In this document: one piece after another, positions 18,732-27,459 of the stretch | Numbering within the stretch: the stretch's first letter is position 1 | How the letters are laid out: every line of letters begins with the position of its first letter | From: Elusimicrobiaceae bacterium | GTDB lineage: Bacteria > Elusimicrobiota > Elusimicrobia > Elusimicrobiales > Elusimicrobiaceae | DNA: 64,000 bases | Assembly (NCBI GenBank): GCA_016281355.1 | Contig: JAEEIL010000002.1 | Location: 19,466 to 83,465, forward strand | Direction: 5' to 3' | Notes under the pieces: generated by a model | Databases searched by the model: none | What the model was told of the DNA's origin: nothing | Seen by the model: only the letters and a program-made list of their open reading frames with translations | Translations under genes and position numbers: made by a program

Positions 18732-20130
18732 ACTTTCCCTTAAGTAATATAAGCCCTAAAAATATTATATTAACTATTAAGCCGATATAAAAGCCATCAA
18801 CTTCCGCCAAAAAGCCATCACGAGGTAATACATTCCAAACAGTCACAATCAGGGCGGAAAACCATACGCAAAAAACGAATTGCCTACCAGTAATTTTTTT
18901 AGGGAAGAAATACCCCGTCATTACCGGTACAAGTAAACATGCCGCCATATAAGAACCCAAAACAAACCATATCGTTTTGAAACTACCCTCAAAAAATAAA
19001 GCAAGCAAAATAGAAATCCCACCGATTATAAAGAAAAATACTTGATTTGCCAATACCTGATTTTTGAATTTATTTTTAAGCAAATCATAAGCTAAAGTAT
19101 TGGAAGCAATAAATAAAAAGGAATCTAAAGTTGATAAGATTATGCACAAATTCCCTGCTATAAAGAATCCTCTTAAGCCGCTTGGCAAAAGTTGCACCGC
19201 ATATAAAAAATAAGCATGCGCCGGCAAAGCATCAGGTAAAACAGCACGTGCATATAAAGTTCCGGAAGTTGTACACAAATCAAAACAAAACCAAATCAGT
19301 GTACAAATTAAAATACCCATTTTAGCGGTTTTACCGTCTTTAGCGGCAAAACATCTCTGGTAAAAAGACGGGTCAATTAAAGTCGCCAAAGCAATACCGG
19401 CCCAAACAAAAGTATTAAGCCAACTGTTACCGCCGGTTATGGAAAAATGAGTGATCGGTAAAGATCTTCTTAAAAATTCAAATCCGCCGAAAGTACTCAC
19501 AGACATTATTGCGACAATAAGCACCGCAGCACACATAACACTAAATTGTATAATGTCAGAAAATACTACGGCACGCAAACCGCTCCACGCAGTATACAGA
19601 CAAACAATAAAAGTGCCTAAAACCATAGCAGGCACCAAATTTATACCGAAAACAAGTTGCAAAAATATGCCTAAACTTAAAACATAAGAAATCGGTAAAA
19701 TATTAAAAAATGTAAATATTGCGGCGGTTTTACGTGCACGTTCCCCAAACATTTGACCAACGGCTTGTGGCAAAGTAACACTTTGATAATTTTTAATTTT
19801 ATCTACCAAAAACAAGGCGAAAATAATATAAGCAATATACCAAAATACACCTTGTGTAACAAAATTATATATGCCGTAATTAAAAGTTATTTCATTTACA
19901 CCAAAAATTCCGCCGTACCAAGTGGCAGCAAGCGTGGCAACAAAAAGGGGCAAGGTTAACTGCCTGCCCATAAGCATATAATCAAGGAATTTATTTGTGT
20001 TTTGCGGTTTCTTTAAATGCCCGTATAAAACACTTGCAAAAGTCAGCAGTAAAATAAAAACTATTACCCCCAAATCTAAGGGGGTAAGTAGTGTTGAAAC
20101 TGCTAAATTTGCTACAAAATTTCCTTGCAT
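18715..20130 (-). CDS. sodium:solute symporter (SSS) family transporter
   Basis: 471 aa, about 13 TM. GRQLTLPLFVATLAATWYGG is the typical SSS N-terminal pattern. Its 3' end overlaps the thiN start by 17 nt. Confidence 0.8.
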   Translation of the reverse strand: MQGNFVANLAVSTLLTPLDLGVIVFILLLTFASVLYGHLKKPQNTNKFLDYMLMGRQLTLPLFVATLAATWYGGIFGVNEITFNYGIYNFVTQGVFWYIAYIIFALFLVDKIKNYQSVTLPQAVGQMFGERARKTAAIFTFFNILPISYVLSLGIFLQLVFGINLVPAMVLGTFIVCLYTAWSGLRAVVFSDIIQFSVMCAAVLIVAIMSVSTFGGFEFLRRSLPITHFSITGGNSWLNTFVWAGIALATLIDPSFYQRCFAAKDGKTAKMGILICTLIWFCFDLCTTSGTLYARAVLPDALPAHAYFLYAVQLLPSGLRGFFIAGNLCIILSTLDSFLFIASNTLAYDLLKNKFKNQVLANQVFFFIIGGISILLALFFEGSFKTIWFVLGSYMAACLLVPVMTGYFFPKKITGRQFVFCVWFSALIVTVWNVLPRDGFLAEVDGFYIGLIVNIIFLGLILLKGKYAKIK

Positions 20131-20142
20131 AAAAAAGCAAAT

Positions 20143-21570
20143 TTATTGCCAATTTATATAATTTGCAATTGCCAAAAAACCGAAAGAAAGCAAGAACCAA
20201 ATTGTAACTAACGGCAAAATAAATTTAAACCATTTCTGAAATGATAATTTTGCCATGCCGATAACCGCAATTACAATCGGGCTGGTGGGGATACAAACAT
20301 TTGTCCACCCGTCACCGAACTGATATGCCAAAACCATTGTTTGGCGAGTGATGCCGATAAGGTCAGAAAGCGGGGCGAGTATCGGCATTGTTAAAACTGC
20401 TTTGCTTGAGCCGGACGGTATGAAAAAGTTAATAATTGCCTGCATTATAAAAGCAGCCCAGCTTGCCAAGGTGGAATTTAATTTTGAAATTATACCTGCC
20501 ATAAAATTAAGGGCAGTATCCAAAATATTTCCATTTTCGGCAATAATTATGATGGATGTCGCTAAAGCGAGCAAAAATACAATTTCCGCCATACCACGTA
20601 CACCGTCGTAAAAAGCAGTGCATGCATCCTGAACTTTCAAGCGGCCGCAAATTGTAGCGATTACTGCTAAACCGAAGAATAATGCACCGATTTCGGTTAT
20701 ATACCATTCGTATTTTAAAACCCCAAAAACCAAAAGCCCCATCGTAGCGGCAAAAGCCAACAGAACTAATTTATGTGATAAGGTAAAAACAACTTCTTCA
20801 GAATTCGCGGAAGTAAGTTCCTTTTTCTTTTCTTGGTCAAATTCATAAGTCAAACTTGTTTTAGGATCCTTTTCAATTTTGTGAGCATAGCGCATAATAA
20901 AAATAATAGCAACAGCTGTACAAATAACCCACATTATAAGACGGAATTTAAAACCGGAATACATCGGGAGTTCCGCAATACCTTGTGCAATACCTAAAGT
21001 GAAAGGATTCATAAAAGCACTTGCAAAACCTGCCGCAGCACCAATAAACGGAACAGTTACACCAACTAAAGAATCATAACCAAGTGAAAGGGATAGAGGT
21101 ATAAAAATAGGTATAAATATTAAAACTTCTTCCGACATTCCGAAAGTTGCACCACCGATAGAAAATAAAATCATACTTAAAGGAATATATAAATTTCTTA
21201 AACTTGGGTGATCTAAAAATACACGGCTTAAACGTTTTATAAAAGCGGTAATTGCACCTGTTTTTTCCACCACCATAAATGCACCGCCGATAATTAAAAG
21301 GAAGGCCATAATTTCTGCGGTAGTGGAACGCAAAAATGCTTGCATAGGTGCTTTTAAAACATCAAATAAATTTTGTGGGGTTGAGTCCACATAATGGAAA
21401 GAACCTTCGACTAAAACATTCCTTCCGTCTTTTAAAACTGTATCAAATTTCCCGGCTGGAATTAACCACGTAGCAATTGCGGTTAAAGCAATGATTGTGA
21501 GCAAAATAACAGTAGTATTTAATTTCAAGTTTTTAAGTTTTTTTACAGACATTTTAAGTGCATGTGTCAT
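20143..21570 (-). CDS. YfcC-family (DcuC-like) anion/amino-acid transporter
   Basis: 475 aa polytopic protein. The N-terminus ...TAIATWLIPAGKFD... resembles YfcC family members. Confidence 0.7.
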   Translation of the reverse strand: MTHALKMSVKKLKNLKLNTTVILLTIIALTAIATWLIPAGKFDTVLKDGRNVLVEGSFHYVDSTPQNLFDVLKAPMQAFLRSTTAEIMAFLLIIGGAFMVVEKTGAITAFIKRLSRVFLDHPSLRNLYIPLSMILFSIGGATFGMSEEVLIFIPIFIPLSLSLGYDSLVGVTVPFIGAAAGFASAFMNPFTLGIAQGIAELPMYSGFKFRLIMWVICTAVAIIFIMRYAHKIEKDPKTSLTYEFDQEKKKELTSANSEEVVFTLSHKLVLLAFAATMGLLVFGVLKYEWYITEIGALFFGLAVIATICGRLKVQDACTAFYDGVRGMAEIVFLLALATSIIIIAENGNILDTALNFMAGIISKLNSTLASWAAFIMQAIINFFIPSGSSKAVLTMPILAPLSDLIGITRQTMVLAYQFGDGWTNVCIPTSPIVIAVIGMAKLSFQKWFKFILPLVTIWFLLSFGFLAIANYINWQ

Positions 21571-21687
21571 TAGTGTTTAAACACCTCCTAAATTAATTGT
21601 GATACCTATATATTTTATAAAATTATAACTTGTATTTGTTGTTTTTTGCTATAATAATTGCATAATATATTATTTAAGGAGAGCAAA

Positions 21688-22062
21688 ATGTTTAAAGAAT
21701 TACTGAATTTTGAATATAAAAGAAGTGCCGTGCAGGCAATCGGTTTTTATATATTTTATTTTATAATCGGTATAATTTTAAGTGCCGTACTTGCCGGATT
21801 AATAATTATTTGTCTAGTAAAAATGGGCCTCGTAACCGATACGCAAACTTCAGCGAATGTGGGCCGTGTAATAGGTGCATGCTGCGCCATCATTTATTAT
21901 TTTGCTTTATCATCAATAATAATACTTCGCAAAAAATTATATACTTCTGTTTCAGCAATATTACTGTTGTTATTGACTATTGTGGCTGCAGTGCTTATGG
22001 GTGGGCTTTTAGGTTGTATTTGCCCGGCAATTTTATCAACATTTCAACCAAAAACTAACTAG
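21688..22062 (+). CDS. hypothetical small membrane protein (124 aa)
   Basis: Start moved to ATG 21688, which follows AAGGAGAG. TATAAT lies upstream near 21650. 3-4 hydrophobic helices. Confidence 0.5.
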   Translation: MFKELLNFEYKRSAVQAIGFYIFYFIIGIILSAVLAGLIIICLVKMGLVTDTQTSANVGRVIGACCAIIYYFALSSIIILRKKLYTSVSAILLLLLTIVAAVLMGGLLGCICPAILSTFQPKTN

Positions 22063-22068
22063 ATTTTT

Positions 22069-22761
22069 ATGCTATATATCGTACCGACACCTATCGGCAA
22101 CCTTCAAGATATAACTTTGCGCGCTTTGGAAATTCTAAAGCAAGCCGATTTTGTGTTATGTGAAGATACTCGCCAAACAAAAAAGTTACTTGATAGTTTT
22201 GGCATACCCACAAAAACATTAAGGTATAATGAACAAAATGAACACAGTTTCCCCGGATTGATAAAATTATTAAAGGAAGGTAAGAACTTGGCACTTGTAT
22301 CAGATGCCGGAACGCCTTGCGTCTCTGACCCGGGATGGAAACTTGTTAAACTTGCACGTCAAGAAAATATTCAAGTTACCGCTTTGCCGGGTGCAAGCGC
22401 AGCAACTTGCGCTTTAAGTGCATCAGGTTTAAGTGGCGGCGGTTTTTGCTTCCTTGGTTTTTTACCGAAAAAAAAGGGCAAAGCCTTAAAGCAAATTGAA
22501 GCCGCTTTAACCATTGAAAAGCCAATTATCATTTATGAATCGCCCTACCGAATAGTTAAATTTTTAGAATTTTTACAAGAGAATTTACCTCTAGTAAAAG
22601 TTTTTATAGGGCGTGAAATAACTAAAACTTTTGAAGAATATTTAAGCGGAACGCCGGCCGATCTTTTGGCTGATTTTAAAGCACGCAAAAAAATTCTTGG
22701 CGAATTTGTCGTAATTTTAGACGGCCGAAAAACAGACGTGGAGGAAAATGATGAAGACTGA
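22069..22761 (+). CDS. rsmI: 16S rRNA (cytidine1402-2'-O)-methyltransferase
   Basis: MLYIVPTPIGNLQDITLRALEILKQADFVLCEDTR and SDAGTPCVSDPG are the RsmI tetrapyrrole-methylase-fold pattern. Confidence 0.9.
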   Translation: MLYIVPTPIGNLQDITLRALEILKQADFVLCEDTRQTKKLLDSFGIPTKTLRYNEQNEHSFPGLIKLLKEGKNLALVSDAGTPCVSDPGWKLVKLARQENIQVTALPGASAATCALSASGLSGGGFCFLGFLPKKKGKALKQIEAALTIEKPIIIYESPYRIVKFLEFLQENLPLVKVFIGREITKTFEEYLSGTPADLLADFKARKKILGEFVVILDGRKTDVEENDED

Positions 22762-23323
22762 AGTTTTGCATCTTTCCAAAATAACAAAGAAGCAAATGCT
22801 GTTTTTAAAAACATCGTTACTAAGCGGTATGCCTTGCATTTTGCCTACCGATACCGTATATGGGCTAATGGTCTTAGGGCGTGTAACAAAAGCGAGGGAA
22901 ATTTTAAATAAAATAAAAAATAATCCTCAAGATAAACCAACACAAATCCTATGCACTTTAAAGCAAGCAAAAATTTTAGCAAAAGATTTAAATCAACTTG
23001 GGCAAGCGCAAAAACATTGGCCCGGTGCTTTAACCGCTATTTTAACTGCAAGCAAAGAAGGCAAAAGATACAGCGGGCTTGATACCGTCGGTTTACGCAT
23101 TCCAAATAGCCAATTTTTGCTTGATTTGATGGAAAGTTTAATTTCCCCCTTGCTTGCGACAAGTGCGAACTTACATGGTAAGCCGCCATGTAAAAATACT
23201 GCGGAATTATTGGCTGTTTTTGATGGCATTGTTCCTTGCATTGTACTTGATGATAAACCCGGCAAAAATATTCCCTCAAAAATTATTGATTACACAAAAA
23301 CCCCACCGCAAATTATAAGGTAA
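22748..23323 (+). CDS. tsaC: L-threonylcarbamoyladenylate synthase (YrdC/TsaC type)
   Basis: 191 aa. LPTDTVYGL, GLRIP, SANLHGKP. Confidence 0.8.
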   Translation: MMKTEVLHLSKITKKQMLFLKTSLLSGMPCILPTDTVYGLMVLGRVTKAREILNKIKNNPQDKPTQILCTLKQAKILAKDLNQLGQAQKHWPGALTAILTASKEGKRYSGLDTVGLRIPNSQFLLDLMESLISPLLATSANLHGKPPCKNTAELLAVFDGIVPCIVLDDKPGKNIPSKIIDYTKTPPQIIR

Positions 23324-23337
23324 CAAAATTCGGACTA

Positions 23338-23369
23338 AAAAAACCCTCGCCATATGGCGAGGGTTTTTT
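23338..23369. terminator. bidirectional rho-independent terminator
   Basis: AAACCCTCGCCA-TA-TGGCGAGGGTTT perfect hairpin flanked by A-run/T-run, between tsaC (+) and rpmB (-). Confidence 0.8.
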
Positions 23370-23385
23370 AATAAACTTGGGTAAG

Positions 23386-23580
23386 TTATTTGCTCGGTTT
23401 AACGACTTTGCCACCTTTCAAGCATTTAGAGCAAACATATGCTGTTTGGGTTTTGCCGTTTAAAACAATTTTTTGTTTATGCAAATTGGGCTTGAAAGTC
23501 CTGTTTGTTTTTAAATGGCTGTGGCTTACGCTTTTACCTGTTGTTGATTTTTTACCGCAAATTTCACATTTATAAGACAT
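23386..23580 (-). CDS. rpmB: 50S ribosomal protein L28
   Basis: MSYKCEICGKKSTTGKSVSHSHLKTNRTFKPNL. ATG 23580 is preceded by AGGTGA. Confidence 0.9.
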   Translation of the reverse strand: MSYKCEICGKKSTTGKSVSHSHLKTNRTFKPNLHKQKIVLNGKTQTAYVCSKCLKGGKVVKPSK

Positions 23581-23628
23581 AATTTTCACCTAACTTTAAT
23601 TTTCTATATTGTACCAAAATTAAAGCAT

Positions 23629-24381
23629 TTAAGCAAATTTACTTTTGAAAATACGCCAACATTTCCTTATATGTTCAATGATATCTTGGAAGTATTTTTG
23701 TACTTTTGTCGGCTCTTTGCCTTTCGCAATTTTTGGCGTTATTTTATTTTCGCTCATTATTTGAAGTAAATAATTTGAAGGTAAAGCGAAATTAATATTT
23801 TGTACTTTTTCTTCTTCCAAACTTGAAACTGCAATACCCACAACTTCCCCCGCTTCATTAAAAACAGGGCTGCCGCTGCTTGAAGGTGAAATCGGTGCAC
23901 TGATTTGAAAGAGAGTTGTATTTTCTACATTTCTAAGTTGTGAAACAAGCCCGTTAGTTATACTGTTTTGAAGCCTTTTGGGGCTACCTATAACTGCAAT
24001 TTGTTGGCCTGCTTTTACTGTGTTTGAATTTCTAAAAGTAACACATGGTAAATAATTTACAGATACTTGCAAAATTGCTAAATCAACACGAGGTTTATCT
24101 GATATAGCAACGACACGTGCTTCTTCAGAAATTGCACCATTACTAAAAGTTAAATTTACGAATTTAGCCTTTTCTAAAACATGTGCGGCAGTGGCAATAT
24201 AGCCTTGCGGGGAAATAACAAAACCCGTTGCACTGGCGGTTTTATTATCTTGCCTTAATACATTAACGGTAACAACTGTGTTTTGATTTAATTGGGATAT
24301 TTTTTCTAAAGATAAAGCGGCCGTGGGCCTAACCCCACAAAAAATAAAGATAAAAGAAATAATAAATAATCTTTTAATCAT
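23629..24381 (-). CDS. secreted trypsin-like serine protease (S1, no PDZ)
   Basis: Catalytic triad context TAAHV, DLAILQV, SSGSPVF. Signal peptide MIKRLFIISFIFIFCG. Start set at ATG 24381 because the longer ORF runs into the tRNA-Thr gene. Confidence 0.8.
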   Translation of the reverse strand: MIKRLFIISFIFIFCGVRPTAALSLEKISQLNQNTVVTVNVLRQDNKTASATGFVISPQGYIATAAHVLEKAKFVNLTFSNGAISEEARVVAISDKPRVDLAILQVSVNYLPCVTFRNSNTVKAGQQIAVIGSPKRLQNSITNGLVSQLRNVENTTLFQISAPISPSSSGSPVFNEAGEVVGIAVSSLEEEKVQNINFALPSNYLLQIMSENKITPKIAKGKEPTKVQKYFQDIIEHIRKCWRIFKSKFA

Positions 24382-24389
24382 AAGCAGAA

Positions 24390-24461
24390 AGCCGAGGATG
24401 GGACTCGAACCCACAACCTACGGTTTACAAAACCGTTGCTCAACCATTGAGCTACCTCGGC
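24390..24461 (-). tRNA. tRNA-Thr (anticodon TGT)
   Basis: Hand-folded cloverleaf: GCCGAGG/CCTCGGC acceptor, anticodon arm ACGGT-TTTGTAA-ACCGT, T arm GTGGG-TTCGAGT-CCCAT. CCA is not encoded. Confidence 0.85.
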
Positions 24462-24478
24462 AAATACTGTATAGATAA

Positions 24479-24507
24479 ATTATAACAATTTTTTATTAAC
24501 TCTGCAA
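24479..24507 (-). promoter_or_regulatory. promoter of tRNA-Thr (and probably the protease gene)
   Basis: Minus strand: TTGCAG (24507-24502), 17 nt, then TGtTATAAT (hexamer 24484-24479). It lies 17 nt upstream of the tRNA 5' end. Confidence 0.45.
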
Positions 24508-24545
24508 TTGTTGCTTTAATAATGTTATAATCTATTTATAAATTT

Positions 24546-25334
24546 ATGCAGACAACTTTAAACTTTTTTGCCCTCTTAGCGAAATTACCAAAAATAATTG
24601 TACTTTTGGTTATATTGTATATCATGATAAAGGTGATAATGGCTTTTTCTCGTGATTGCTTGGGATATAGTGAAGATCCTTTCTTGAGAAGAGTATATAA
24701 TTTTTTTGATCCATATCACCAAAGTGTTTTTTGTTACGGATACAGATGGTTTTCGTTTTTTATAATTATTGGGTTAACTTATATATTTTGTAAAATTTAC
24801 ATTCCGCCCGAAATGCTTTCTTATGAAAAGGGTATGTATGCGGCACCATGTATTTTTAACAATTCAATAACATATTTCTTTAACTACATTGTACATGAAA
24901 ATTTAGGGCACAATCTATTCTGTACTTTTGGACAAAATTGGTTTTGCTATTTTTCCGGAAATTTTATAGAGACATTAGTTCCTATTATTATTTACTTGTT
25001 TTCCTTACAACTACGGGGCGGTTTGTTTTTTAGCCCTTTATTACTTTTCTGGATTTCCACTACATTCTATGAAGCCGGAATTTATGCAAGTGATGCGGAA
25101 GCAAGTAAACTCGCTTTAACAATGTCCGATATGGTTAGTAATGCCGCTGCCGGCACCGTAAAAGGTGATTGGTACTATACTTTAACGCATTTTCATATTT
25201 TAAAACATGCGGAAACAGTCGGTTTTATTTTAGAAGTTATTGCTTGCTTCATATTCGTTATGGCACTATATAGTGTTATAGCATATATTAAGCACTTAAC
25301 GTCAAGTGATATACAATACGATGCGTATAAATGA
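24546..25334 (+). CDS. hypothetical polytopic membrane protein (262 aa) with HENLGH motif
   Basis: About 6 hydrophobic helices. TGtTATAAT at 24523-24531 lies upstream. HExxxH at nt 24894-24911. Confidence 0.5.
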   Translation: MQTTLNFFALLAKLPKIIVLLVILYIMIKVIMAFSRDCLGYSEDPFLRRVYNFFDPYHQSVFCYGYRWFSFFIIIGLTYIFCKIYIPPEMLSYEKGMYAAPCIFNNSITYFFNYIVHENLGHNLFCTFGQNWFCYFSGNFIETLVPIIIYLFSLQLRGGLFFSPLLLFWISTTFYEAGIYASDAEASKLALTMSDMVSNAAAGTVKGDWYYTLTHFHILKHAETVGFILEVIACFIFVMALYSVIAYIKHLTSSDIQYDAYK

Positions 25335-26290
25335 GAGGTATAAAAATGCAAACAAAAAAATCTTTTTTCGAAGTATTATCAAGTGCCTGGTCCACTTTTA
25401 AAAGTTCTTTTTGGGGAATTATTGCAACTTGGTGGTTTGCAATTGTAGTTACGATTGCGGTTTATTGGATAATGAATCATATTTTTAATGTCCCTGTAAC
25501 AGCCTTTGGTAAAAACCCCCAAAATATCCCTCTATCTGCCCCCGTAATAATTTTAGCTATATTTAATTTCTATCTTGCTATTTTGCTTTCCACCTGGCAA
25601 GTCCTTGTTATAAAAAATAATATTTTTACAGGTTCAAGCAACTTATTCCCAGCATTAAGACAATCTTTTTTAAAATCTTTAAAGGTACTTGTGATCCTTG
25701 CTATCCTTTTCCCTATCTTTATCATCGCTGCTATTATTGCCGCTAATATATTCCCTTCATGTGCGAAAATTATTCCTGCTATATTCTGGCTTCTTTTCGT
25801 ACCTCTAGTAATGTTACCGTTAGGAGTAATTTTACATGATACAAAGTTTATGAATGCTGTGATAGAAGCCTTTGGTATTTGCTCTTCTAATTATTTCAGA
25901 ATATTAGGGTTTTCTGTATTGCTTTTTATATTTCAAATAATACTAATGGCTTTAATTATAGCGTTTTTATTTGTCTTTAAATTACTAATGATATTACTTT
26001 TGTTCGCTATAATTATTATAAGTATACTATTCTATTTTATGGTATATCCGTTCTATGCTTGTTTTTATGTAGAACTCTATTTGGATCTAGCAACAGATAC
26101 GGAAAACTTTCTTGATAATACATCTTCACAGGAAGAATCATACCCGGAAATTATTAATTTAGATTTGCCCCAAGAACAAACTCCGGCTGAACAAGTACAC
26201 CCCAAAGAAGAACAACCGCAAAAAATTTATCCGGATGAACCGCCCGAAGGTTTGCAGCAATTGGGTGGCAATTACAACGATAAAAAGTAA
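25331..26290 (+). CDS. hypothetical polytopic membrane protein (319 aa) with Pro/Glu/Gln-rich C-terminal tail
   Basis: Start overlaps the upstream stop (ATGA). An alternative ATG lies at 25346. No domain recognised. Confidence 0.5.
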   Translation: MRGIKMQTKKSFFEVLSSAWSTFKSSFWGIIATWWFAIVVTIAVYWIMNHIFNVPVTAFGKNPQNIPLSAPVIILAIFNFYLAILLSTWQVLVIKNNIFTGSSNLFPALRQSFLKSLKVLVILAILFPIFIIAAIIAANIFPSCAKIIPAIFWLLFVPLVMLPLGVILHDTKFMNAVIEAFGICSSNYFRILGFSVLLFIFQIILMALIIAFLFVFKLLMILLLFAIIIISILFYFMVYPFYACFYVELYLDLATDTENFLDNTSSQEESYPEIINLDLPQEQTPAEQVHPKEEQPQKIYPDEPPEGLQQLGGNYNDKK

Positions 26291-26410
26291 CCGCTTGCAA
26301 AAGTGTTTAAAAATTTGTTTACTATATTACCGGACTATCACCGGCAAGGGGGTATGATTATGGGTTGCGGATGTGGAAATAAACCAAAAAAATAATTTAG
26401 TTTAAACTAA

Positions 26411-26438
26411 AATACCTCGCAAAAGCGAGGTATTTTTT
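26411..26438. terminator. bidirectional rho-independent terminator
   Basis: AATACCTCGC-AAAA-GCGAGGTATT followed by TTTTAT. Lies between the plus-strand membrane-protein unit and convergent pth. Confidence 0.8.
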
Positions 26439-26459
26439 ATTTTCAAAATTCTAAAATAT

Positions 26460-27026
26460 TTATTTGGTATTGGCAAATTGTTGAGCAGAAATAAAACCCT
26501 CTTTTAAAAACTTTTCTAAAGTTTTGCAAGCTTTACTTATTGTAGAATTTAGAACTTCTTCTTGCCCGGATGGGAATTTGCCTAAAACATAATTTTTTGC
26601 ATCAATAAAATCAGGTTTTGGGCCAATGCCTAAACGAAGGCGCATGCAATTATCGGTCCCAAGTAAAGTAATAATATTTTCAAGCCCTTTTTGACCGCCG
26701 CTTGAACCTTTTTGACGTAGACGAAGAGTGCCGACTTCCAAACTTAAATCATCGCAAATAACCAAAATATTTTGTGGCGGAATTTTATAAAAATTCGCCG
26801 CAGCAACTACTGCTTGTCCGGAAAGATTCATATAAGTTTGTGGCTTTAAAAGCAACACGCTTTGTCCGTGCAAATTAATTTTTGCGATATGTGCCTTAAA
26901 CGGGCGGTTTTCTTCAAAAGAAAAACCCTCCGTGCTTGCCAATTCATCAAGCACCATGAAACCTATATTGTGACGTGTTTTTTGATATTCTTGCCCCGGG
27001 TTTCCAAGGCCGGCAATAAGGAACAC
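26460..27026 (-). CDS. pth: peptidyl-tRNA hydrolase
   Basis: MFLIAGLGNPGQEYQKTRHNIGF is the canonical Pth N-terminus. Confidence 0.9.
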   Translation of the reverse strand: MFLIAGLGNPGQEYQKTRHNIGFMVLDELASTEGFSFEENRPFKAHIAKINLHGQSVLLLKPQTYMNLSGQAVVAAANFYKIPPQNILVICDDLSLEVGTLRLRQKGSSGGQKGLENIITLLGTDNCMRLRLGIGPKPDFIDAKNYVLGKFPSGQEEVLNSTISKACKTLEKFLKEGFISAQQFANTK

Positions 27027-27404
27027 TTAATTATCACCCATTATTGTTTTAACTTTTTGCAGTAACACTGAAGTTCTAAAAGGTTTATAACAAAAATCTT
27101 TTACAATAGGGTTTCCGGTAAACATTTGTCCTGCTTGTTCCAAAGCGGAAGCTACCATAACAGGTGTGCCGAAAAGATCTTCATCTTTTGACATTTCTTC
27201 GACAATCGTACGCCCGTCAAGACCGGGTAACATAAGATCCAAAATAACTAAATGTGGGCGAATCTTTTTAATTAGAGGAATAGCATTTCTGCCATTATCG
27301 CAAGCGTGCACTTCATAACCGGCACGCACCAAAATTAAATTTAATAGTTGAAGGATGTCTCTTTCATCTTCTACTATAACTATTTTTTTCTTCATTTCTT
27401 CCAT
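27027..27404 (-). CDS. stand-alone response-regulator receiver domain (CheY-like)
   Basis: 125 aa. VEDE...DLMLPGLDG...KPF pattern. Abuts the pth start with no spacer. Confidence 0.8.
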   Translation of the reverse strand: MEEMKKKIVIVEDERDILQLLNLILVRAGYEVHACDNGRNAIPLIKKIRPHLVILDLMLPGLDGRTIVEEMSKDEDLFGTPVMVASALEQAGQMFTGNPIVKDFCYKPFRTSVLLQKVKTIMGDN

Positions 27405-27459
27405 AAATACCCCGTAAATATACTATAATTAATTATATTATACTTTTTAATGGGAATTT

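Noticed and set aside
26291-26459. Cys-codon leader peptide / attenuator interpretation of the micro-ORF plus hairpin
   Set aside because: No gene lies downstream on the same strand (the next gene, pth, is convergent). The hairpin is therefore simply a terminator, not an attenuator.
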